IMG/VR virus record: IMGVR_UViG_3300017788_000033
Location: 1 to 53,242 of that record
Source of the DNA: a virus
Taxonomy: Duplodnaviria; Caudoviricetes
Length of the DNA stretch: 53,242 nucleotides
Strand: one strand, 5' to 3'
Shown piece by piece: positions 7,335-19,300 of this stretch. Under the pieces are notes generated by a model. The model was not told the DNA's origin. It searched no databases and was given only the letters and a program-made list of their open reading frames with translations. Position 1 is the stretch's first letter. Each line of letters begins with the position of its first letter. A program made the translations under genes and the position numbers.

Positions 7335-10300
7335 ATGTCAGAAATTAAAAGAGTAAAAATTGGTTCTATTATAGAATCACAAATTCCAGAATTTTTATCA
7401 GTAGAATCTCCTCTTTTTGTTGAGTTTCTAAAACAGTACTATCAATCATTAGAACATCAGTCTGGTTCCATTGATATTATTTCTAATATAACTCAGTATA
7501 AAAATTCAAAGAAATTTAATAATATTGATTTAATAGAACAAACTACTCTTACTTCTGATATTTTAAGTTTTGACACAACAATAAATGTTGTTTCAACAAA
7601 AGGTTGGCCCGATACTTATGGATTACTGAAGATAAATGATGAAATAATTACATATCTTTCCAAAACAGATACTACTTTTGAAAATTGTATTAGAGGATTT
7701 AGTGGTATCGATAATTTAGAATCTTCAAATAATCCACAATTTTTAAATTTTTCTTCAACAGAAGCATCAGAGCATTCTAATTTAACTGTAGTTAAAAATT
7801 TAAGTAATTTATTTTTAATTAAATTTTTTGAACGATTTAAATTTGAGTTTTTACCTGGATTTGAGTCAAGGGATTTTTATGAAAATATATCAGTAGAAAA
7901 TATAGCTTATAGAATTAAAGACCTTTATTCATCTAAAGGAACTGATCAATCATATAAACTTTTATTTAAAATTCTTTATGGATCTGATATTGAAATAATA
8001 AAACCACAAGAATATACTTTATCTCCTTCTTCCAACTCTTATTTTATAACAAAAAATATTTTAGTAGAAAAAATTTCTGGCGGAAATCCAATAGAAATTA
8101 AAGGTAACTTTTTATTTCAAAATATAACCGGAATTGGAACAGTAAGTGCTTCAATTTTTAATGTTGAATATAGACCTGTAGCTAATAAAGATTTTTATGA
8201 AATTTCTTTAGATAGTACTTCATTTAGTGGAAATTTTAGAGTTTCTGGAAAAACAAGAGTATTGGAAGATGTTCAAATTGGTAGTAATAATATTTTAGTT
8301 GATTCGACCGTAGGATTTGCTAATTCTGGAACTATTTTAGTAAAACCTGAAAATTCGGATTTTATTGAAATCAATTATACTGGAAAAACTATTAATCAAT
8401 TTACTGGAGTTACTAATGTAACCAAACCTTTAAATTTTGGACTTGACTTAATAGAAGAAAATTTTGCTTTTAGCTATGTTGGAGTGGGAAATACTTCAAA
8501 AGTTGAATTTAGAGTAGTTAACGTAATTGATAATATAGATTTTTCAAAAACATCAAATCTCAGAATCGGTGATAATATTTCTTTATCTGGGTTTGGTAGA
8601 GATTTTTATGATAGTTATCAATTTAACAACTGGATTTATAATTTACCAACCAATCATAATATTAAAAATATAAATCAAGTTGACTCCACAAAATACAGAA
8701 TTATTTTATTTGATAAAGTATATTTTTATCAAAATGAAAGGGTTTTTCTTATTGATTCTTTAGGTAACTCTATAGAAGCAGATATTATTTCTGTAGAATA
8801 TTCAACATCAGATTTAATTGAAAAATACAGTGATAGAATATTAGTTCAAATTTTAAACCCAGGATCTTTTAATATTCTAAATTCCATAGGGGTAAGAAAA
8901 AAAATATATAAGTCTAATCACGCAAGTAATTATTTTCAAAATTTAGAGACCATTCCAACAAGTGTTCAAAACACTTATATTGATTCTACTGAGGAATATT
9001 TTTATGTAACATCTTCTGGATTACCAAATTATACTATTTTTTCTACAGACAATAAAAAAACTGTATCTACTACTGTAGGAACTTCTGTAACTGATACATT
9101 TAATGTTAATAATCATAATTTTATTAGCGGAGAGTTAATTTTTTATCAACCAGAAACATCTTCCGGTATATTGACTGGATTATATTATGTTACAAGATTA
9201 GATAATAATAGATTAAAATTATCATTTAGTAAATCTGATATTTTTTCAAAAAAATATATTCAAACCACATCTCAAGTTGTCAACGATTCTCTGTATAAAT
9301 TTGGATATCAAAACAAAAATTTAAAACATCAAAAATTATTAAAAAAATTCTATTTTAATAAACCCAGAACATCATTTGATGATTTAAATTTAAGGACAAC
9401 TTTTAATAGAGAGATTGGATTATTATCAAATGGCGTTGAAATATTATCTCCGACGTTATTTGATGAAAATATTTACTATGGAAATATAACATCGATAGAT
9501 GTTACTGATTCTGGTAAAGATTATGATGTAATTGATACTCCTTCTTTAGATGTAAATGATGACTTTGGTACAGGATTAAAAGCTCATTTAAATATTTCTG
9601 GAAGTGTAAAAGAGATAAAAATATTAAATGCTGGATATGGATATCAAGAAAAACCAAAAATAACAATAATTGGTGGAAATGGTACTGGGTGTGTTTTAGA
9701 ATCTAATTTTGTTAAATCTCAAGTTTCTTCCGGATTTAAAGCTGATTTGAATGTCAGCACAATTGATAATACAATACAGTTTTTAAATTCAATACCTTTT
9801 GAAGATGGTGAAGAAATAATTTATGATTCTAACAAAAATTCTAATGTACCAGGTATTATAAATGGTTCCTCATACTTTGTAGGAATTTTAACAGATAATA
9901 AAATTAAACTTTTTAACAATAAAACTGATGCTCTTCAAAAAACAAATGAAATTGATATTGTTGGAGTTTCTTCAGGGTTTCATTTTATAACTACTCTAAA
10001 AAATAAAAATACTTTTACTGAAATTTATGTTAAAAACCCTGGCCAGGGATACTCAAATAGAAAAGTAAAAGTTCCATCAATACTTTCTGTAGACAGTGCA
10101 ACTTCTGGTATTAATACTTTCGATTCATATGTGTTTGCAAAAAATCATGGATTTAATAATTCTGAACTTGTGAAATATGAATATTCAGATACACCGATAA
10201 GCGGTCTTTCCACATCAATATTATATTATGTTAAAGTAGTAGATGTAAATAAATTTAGACTTTATGAAGCGGGGATTGGTGCATCTTTAACTAATGAAAA

Positions 10301-13300
10301 TTTAGTTAAAAATAAATTTGTAAAATTTAATTCACTTGGTATTGGAACTCATACTATTGGATATCCACCAATTGAAGTAAAAGTGGAATCTAAGTCAGCT
10401 ATGGGATCTACAACTATAATAAACTCAGAACTAAATCCTATTGTTTTGGGATCAATTCAAGATGTTTATATAGAAGATGGTGGTATTGGTTATGGATGTA
10501 CAGACATTGCTAATTATCATAGAAGACCCAATGTTTCAATTTCGAGTATAACATCTCAAGCAATTTTAAAACCCATTATTATTGATGGATCAATTGTAGA
10601 TGTACAAATTATTAGTAGAGGACAAGGATTTAGAAAAAATTCAGAAATACTGGTTTATGGAGAAGGAAAGTATGCACAAATAGAACCAATCGTTGAAGAG
10701 GGTAAATTATCTGCCGTTAATATTGTTTTTGGTGGAGTTGGATATTTACCTTCAAATACTACTTTAATTCTTAATAATAGAGGACAAAATGCTAAATTTT
10801 TAGCAAATGTACGTGAATGGAAAATTAATCAAGTAGTAAAAAGTAAGAATATTATCTCCAATCAAGATGATGGTATATTGTATCCAAGTAAAAATCCACA
10901 ATTAGAGCTTCAACTCATTAATTTTTATATACCAAAAAAATTAAGATATCAGTTATCAGATAATTTTACGGATTCGAATAAAGAAACTAATGAAACATTA
11001 AATCATTCTCCTATTTTGGGTTATGCATATGATGGAAATCCAATTTATGGTCCTTATGGATATGATACCACTACTGGTGGATCTATAAGGAAAATGAATT
11101 CTGGATATGTTTTGAATGTGAATCAAATATCTGGATTAAGACCTCCATCTTTTGAAAATGGATTTTTTGTTAATGATTATGAATATAATGGTTCGGGCGA
11201 TTTGGATATTCATAATGGAAGATTTTGCATAACTCCAGAATTTCCTAATGGAACTTATGCATATTTTTATGCAATAGATGTCAATTCTTCAAATGAATCG
11301 ATTCCTAGGTATCCTTATATTATTGGTCCATATTTTTATAACAAACCAATAACTGAAAATTTATTACCATCATATAATCAAGATATTGATATTTTCACTC
11401 CCAATTTGACCAGAAATATTGGCCCTTATTATTTAAATCGTAGCAATTCTTCTTATGATCTAATTGATAAGGTATCTGAAGAATATAAACAAGAGTTTTA
11501 TGTAAATTCTATAAATTCTGGTAAAATTGAAAGTGTATCTATATTTTCTCCTGGAGATAATTATAAAATAGATGATCCTGTAGAAATAGATGTAACTGGC
11601 ACAGAAGGAATACAACCAAATATTGTTGTCAGTGAATTAAATGGTAGAGAAATTGAATCTTTCTTCTTATCGGAAGAATTAATATCTAATGCAGAATTTT
11701 TTATAAGAAATCCAGATACAATAGTAAAAACTAGTTCTCCTCATGGAATTAAGAATAATCAATCAATTTTAATAAGCGGTATATCAACTATAACTGCATC
11801 TAAATTTGAAGGGGTAAAAAATGTTGAAGTTTTAGAAAAGGAATCCCAATTATTAAATGATATTGATACAACATCTGTTACTGGAGTTTCTACATTCATA
11901 ACTTTAAAAGATACTAACGGATTTAAAGTCAACGATTTTATAGGAATAGGTTCTGAAATTTTATTAATTACTGATATTGATGTCAAAAGATCTGGATTTT
12001 ATGTAAATAGACTACAAAATACTGGAGTGCATACTGCTGGAGTTGATAATGTTATTTTATTACCAAGGGAATTTAAAATACCAACCGGAGATATTACAGA
12101 TTTAACCTTTGAGAATTATACTACATTTTTTGATCCTAGATTTTCTGTAGGTGTAGGAACAACAGGATCAATTCGCACAGTTGTCGGATTTGGAACTACA
12201 TCTATTGAGAATAGATTTATTCCACCCAGAAACATATATTTACCATCACATAAATTTTATACTGGACAACCTCTTCTCTATAATTCTGGATCTGGATTTG
12301 CCGGCACTTCTTTGTATGTTAATAATGTTGGTTCTGGAGTTTCTTTCTCACTAGAAGATAATCAAATTGTTTATGCGGTAAATCTTGGCAAGGATTATAT
12401 TGGATTATCCACTCTTGGATTTACCAGCTTTACTGGAATAGGAACAAATATAAATTCTTTGGAATTTTGGGATCAAACAAAATCCTATGGCGTAATTGGA
12501 GCAGCTCACTCATTAACTACTTTAAATCCAAAAGTTACTGGAACTTTGGAAAAAACATTAGGTATAATAACTACAACTTCAAATCATCAATTAAATGTGA
12601 ATGATTTGATAACATTAAATTTAACTACAAATTATAATGAAATTGTTAAAGTTATTTTTGATCCAGTAAATAGAAAAGTTTTGATGAGAGAAATTTCTTT
12701 TTCTGATAGTGATGTCTCATTATCAGAAAGTTCTATAAATTTTTCTTCATATAATGGAAATATTGAAACCGGAGATAAAGTTGTTTATGTCTCCAGTTCT
12801 CCAATTAGTGGACTCAATCATTATGGTACGTATTATGTTTTAAAAACAGATTTTGATTCTATAAAATTATGTGAGTATGAAAGTGATATAGATGAATCTA
12901 ATTTTATTAATTTTTCTTCCGTTGGAGGACTAACACATAAATTATATTTTGTTAATCCACAAATTTCATGCATAAGAACTACAAAGATAGAATTTGACTT
13001 GTCAGATTCCAGCTTAACAAATTTAGATTTACAATTTTATTTTGATCCAAATTTTGTAGAAAAGATTAATGAAAGAACGGGATTTTTTGTTGAAAGACAG
13101 GGGGTTCCTGGTAATTCTGGATCTAAAGTTATTTTGGATCTTTCCGGTCAGTTTTTTCCAATATATTATAATCTGTTTTCTAAAGGATCTTCAGAAGAAA
13201 GTAAGAAAGAAATATCTTCAGATGTTAATGTAAAATCTAATAATAAAATTTCAATCATAAATCATCAGTTTAATAATAAGTTTAACATTATAGAATCTAC

Positions 13301-16300
13301 AGATAAGACATTTTCATTTTTTAATACCAAAAAATTAACTTTTAGTGAAAAACAAATTTTAAGTCAACCACAAACTACTTTTTCTTATAAAACTACATCT
13401 AAAACAGCTTTAGGACCTATATCAAAATTAAAAATTAATTTTCCTGGTAGGGGATATAAAAAATTACCTAAAGTTAGAGGAATTAAAAGTGATCTTGGTG
13501 TAAATGCTGTAATTAAATTAATATCTCCAAATATAGGAAAAGTAGAAACTTTTACTAGAGTTAAAGATGGATTTGATTACCCAACAGATCCTACACTTTC
13601 TCCATCTTTAAGTGTACCCACTGTTATTGGTATAAAAGATATAAGAACTATTGATTATATTGAAATAATTTCTGGAGGAAGAAGATATAATAGCTCTCCA
13701 AAATTAATTATAAAAAATAATATTAATAATGACATTGAACTTAATGCAAATATTTTAGGTGGTTCTATAACATCTGTAGATATTATTAAAAATTCTACAT
13801 CATTATCCAGTCCTTTAGAAATAGTTCCAATTTATAATTCAAATGGATATGAAATTGATTCAATTTCTGTAGTTGGAAATTTAATAACATTAGAGTTGTT
13901 AAATTCTCCAGTTACCAATCCATTCATATCTTCTGGTTTTGGTAAAACTGATTATGAATATCCTTTTAAGATAGGAGATAAGATTTTTATTGAAAACTGT
14001 AGGTTAACCAGTTCTACATTAGACCAAGCTAATTTTAATTCTGAATCTTATAATTACTTATTCTTTGATGTTGTTGGAGTAAATACGACAAACAATACAG
14101 TTACATATGATATGTCCGGTATTTCTACCGGATCTTTTGGAACATATAGTGATCAATTTAATTTGGGAGTGGTTATTAATAAAAATGATATGCCTGAATT
14201 TAATATGATACTGAAAGATGATGTTAATTATCTTTCGAATGAAAAAGTGTCTTCTTTAACATTTGTTGGAACCGTTATGGAGGGTGGTTGGGATAATAAT
14301 TTAAATCAAATGAGATTAAAAAATATTTTTGGGGAAATAAATGTTGGAGATAAAATTTTTGGTGAAACTTCTAAAATTAGGGGTACGGTTGAATATTTTG
14401 ATACTTTTAATCTATATTCAACTTTAGGAGTGTCTAGAGATAAAACATCTTCCATAGATCTATCTTCCGGTATTTGTAATGATTATTTACAAAGAATTTC
14501 CGATAATTTTTACTACCAAAAATTTTCTTATTCCATTAAAGGAAATATTCCCTACAATATTTGGAGAGAATCTGTAAGATCTACTGTTCATCCATCTGGA
14601 TTTAAAGAATTTTCTGACTTAGAAATTTTTACTAAACCAACTTTAAATGAAGTTAATGCGGGAATTGCAAGATCCATTAACATGAAACCAAAAGTAGAAA
14701 CAACAAGTTCTATTACATTTGTTAATATAGATCAAATATCCAAATTTAACACAAAGAAAAATTTTGCTAGAGTTTATGAGGAAGAATTAAATCCCGATGG
14801 TTCAATTCAGAATGTATTTTTTGATGAAGGAGTAGATTTAAGTCCATTTATTGTAAATAGAACTAATAAAGTTATCGAAATTGACGATATAAGTAGTCAA
14901 TTTAATGGAACTGCAGATCAATATTTACAAGGTAGATTCTCTGATGCTTCAGATTTATTGGATTATAATAAAGAATTTATTCAAGAAGAGGTAGTTGGAT
15001 TTATTACCGCTACTTACCCCGGAATTACTACCAATCCCGATTGGGATAGAACTATTTGCAAGAGAGATGTAGGATATATTGTTGATGCAATTTCACATGA
15101 TTTAAAATATAGTTCTAACAATAAATCAATTGAAGCTGGACTTGCGTATTGGTCTGGAGTCGGAACAAGTTATGTTGCTGGAGAGTCTATAGAAACTATA
15201 GCCGGATTTAATTATATTGTTGATTTGTCGAAATATATTATCAATAATGTTGGAGTTAAAACATCATACCAACTTGCAAATGCAATTAATATTTCAACAG
15301 CAGTTTATAATAATGTAACTGGAATTACCACAATTACTACTTCAAGTCCTCATGGGCTATCTACAACTACAGTAGATTATGTTGTTTTAAAAAATTTAGT
15401 TTTTTCTTGCGATTCTGGTGGTGGTATAAACACTGCAATTTTCCCAAATTTAGGTGCAGGTCCTGATGGAAATGGTGTACTATCTCCTAAGGGATTTGTT
15501 TACCAAGTGGAGGTTATTGATTCTGTCAGATTTAAAGTTAATCCAGGTCCATCAACTATAACTCATACTTACGATAGTGGTGGTACTATTCAAAGAGCAT
15601 TTATATCTACTTCTCAATATATTGATTCAACAATTTTACCGGACGTTAATTGTAGTTTAGAATATAGTGAAAATTGTTGTGCTGATGTTTGGACATCAAT
15701 AGGTAATTATATTGGAATAATAACCACAATAATTGGAATTGGGACTACTGCAAAGCCCAATACAATAACATATCCATCTTTGGCTAGAGGTGGATCAATT
15801 GTGGGGTTATCTACATTTAAGTTAAAAAATAAAGGAACTTCTCTTTTTAAACATGAGTTTTCCGGTTCTAGTGTTGACATTATCAATGATAAATTTATAA
15901 TTCCCAATCATAATTTTCAATCGGGTCAAGAACTAATATATTCATATTCTGGTGGAAGTCCTATAGGTATTGCTACAACTTCTTATGTAACTGGACAAGT
16001 TGACACTCTTTTAAATGTTCACGAATTTGATGGAACTGCAATTTTTGAAAATGGATATAATGTTGCTATAACTACTGATATTTCTGGAACTGTTCCAACA
16101 GGACCTACTGGATTTATTAATTACACTCAAGTAATAGGATTAAACACTACAGGATTTGGTACTGATGCTACATTTAATGTATTCATTTCGTATAGTGGCG
16201 GAGGAGTCCCTCTCTCCACTTCAGTAGTTTTAACCTATGGCGGCAGCGGCTATTATGTTGGAGAACAAGTTTCTATATCTGGAACTTATTTTGGTGGAAC

Positions 16301-19300
16301 TAGTCCCACTAATGATATAAGTTTTGTCGTTTCCAAAACTGCACCAACAGCAATACAATCAGAAGCTAATCAAAGTTACTTAGCTGTCCCTTCTATAGAT
16401 TTGAGTGGAGCTACCTTTGACGTTGCAAGAGATTCTTCTGGAGAAATTAATTATGTTAAAATATTAAATGGAGGATCCGGTTATGATACTAATTCTATCA
16501 TTTCAATAGCTGGAACCTATATTGGAGGAGCTAGCCCCAAAGATAATTTATCATTTACCCCACTAGAACTTGGTACTAAATCTTTACCAACTTCAGTATT
16601 TGTATATAAATTAAATGATAATGAATTTAAACTCTCTGGGTTATCCACTAGTGTATTTTTAAATTTAACTGATGTAGGTACATCTACTCATTATCTTTCA
16701 TATAAGGAACCAAATGCTAGTGTAATTATTACTATAGATGGAATAATACAAAAAGCTGTAACTAGAAAATCATTACATGTTTCTTTTGCTTCTAGTGTAT
16801 CTTCAGCTTCAACAACAATTATAGACATTTCTTCGGGTATTTCATCTTTATCAGTTAGTGACATAATTAATATCGGAGATGAGTATATATCTGTTAGAAA
16901 TATAGGTATTACTTCAAGTAATCAAATAGAAGTCATAAGAGGTTATTTTGGAACGGTAGCGACTTCACATACTGTTGGAGCTTCTGGAACGGTCTTAAAT
17001 GGTGATTTTAACATCGTTGGCGATATAATATATTTCGATTCGGCTCCATATGGAAAAATTGGTCCTGTAGGACTAGAGACGGGTTCCATATTTGGAGGTA
17101 GAGCTTTTAGTAGAAGATTTGATCCGAATTCTCCACAAGATAAAAATATATTACTTGATGATATATCTTTATCATTTACCGGTATAGCAGCAACAGAATT
17201 TACAATAAAGGTAAAAGATCAAACTACAAATACCATTTTTAATAGTGTTAATAGTAACACTGAAATTAATAATAATCCAATAGTTTTAATTAATAATGTA
17301 TTTCAAGATCCAACTAATGACTATACTGTTGATGGTAGTGGTTCAAATGTTCTTAGATTTTTATCTGGTACACCAAGTTCCGGAAAAATAACAAAGGTTG
17401 CTATATCAAGTAGTTATGGTTATATTCCTAGAATTGGAGCTGCGGCTACAATAATAGTTTCTACTGGTGGAACTATTACTGATGTAATAGTTACTGGAGG
17501 TGGATCTGGATATAGATCCGCTCCCGTTGTTAGTATTGCATCAACAATTGGTATTGGCGCAAGTGTTGTAGCAACAGTAAGCGTTGCAGGTACAATATCA
17601 GGATTTACAATTATAAATCCCGGAATTGGATATACATCAACATCTCTTCCAGAAGTAGTAATAGGTATACCAACTGGATATAGTAATCTAAGTTTAGGTT
17701 ATACTGGTGGAACTTCAGGTGTTGGAGGAAACGCTAAACTTACTGTTGAAGTTGGAATGGGATCGAGTATTTTATCATATAAATTTGATCAACCTGGTAT
17801 AGCATATAAAGTAGGAGACAAACTTACGCCAATAGGTATTCCAACTAATACCACGCTTAGATATGATTCCCTAAGTATTTCTAATGTTCAATATAACAAT
17901 TTGACTGGAATTACTACAATTACTACAACTTCTACTCATAATATAAATGAAAATGATTATGTAATTTTAACAGGAATAGCATTTACATGCGGATACGATG
18001 AAGTTGGAATTCAAACATTCTCATATGATAACGCAACTGGAATTTGTACAGTTGTTACTTATTCTCCACATGGATTATTGAGAACTGATGTCCCAAATAA
18101 TCAAACTAGTGATGAAGTATTTTTATATAATTTACCGTTTAATTGTCCATCATATACAACAAATACTGCAGTTAACATTAGTAATGTTGTTTACAATCAT
18201 ATAGTGGGTATCGCTACAATTACAACATCTTCTGATCATGGTGCTGTTGCTGGAAAACAAGTAAAACTAGCGGGAATTGCATTCTCTTGTTCTGCACATA
18301 GTGCAACTGGAATTGCAACTTATAATATTACCAATTTTGTCTATACTAATTCTACCGGTATAACAACGATTACACTTGACGCAAATCATGAATTAATACC
18401 AGGGGAATATGTTCAACTTTCTGATATTATTCTTTCTTGTCCATCAGAAGCTATCGGATATTCAACCACCAAGTTCCCATACTCAGCTGGTATAGGAACC
18501 TTGGGCAATTCTTATCCGAATAGTAGTCCAAATACCCTTGGGGGAACTTTCAATGTGTTCCGAGTTCTTGTAGGAACCTCTGGCACAACAATTGTATTCT
18601 ATGCAGGAATTTCTACTGTTGCACATACTTATAGTTCTGGTGGCACAGCAACAGTGGGTATTACATCTACAATATTCCCGTATCCTGGATCTAGTCCTAC
18701 TACTGTAAGTGGAACATTTGATGTATTTGAAGTTAACTCAGTTTTAAGTAATACACAATTCACAATTATAGCCGGAGTTTCTAGTATTGCACATACTTAT
18801 GTTTCTGGTGGGACAGCTCAATCAGGTGTAACAACTACAATATTCCCGGATGGCACAAGCACTTATGGAAAAGTATTCCCAGTTCTTACTTCTATAAGTT
18901 CCACAAGTTTTACCATGAATGCAGGTATCTCTACGATTCCTCATGTGTTTGAAGGTTGGCCAGAGATTGGAATTAACACTTTCTCTTATTATGAAATTAC
19001 TGGATTATCTACAGTAACGACATCAGTTGATCATCAATTTCAAGTTGGAGATAAAATTACTCTTGCGGGACTTGCATTTACATGTGATTCTGCATATGTA
19101 GGACTAACAACTACAATATTCCCAGATGGAACATCCCAGTATGGGTATACATTTACGGTAACTGCTGTAAATAGTTCCACCGAGTTTGAGTTTCTTGCAG
19201 GAATATCTACTATTATTCATTATTATACTGGTGGTGGATATACTAAGAAAGTTCCTACTGCACAAAGAGTTCTCAGATATACAGATGATAGTACTGATAG

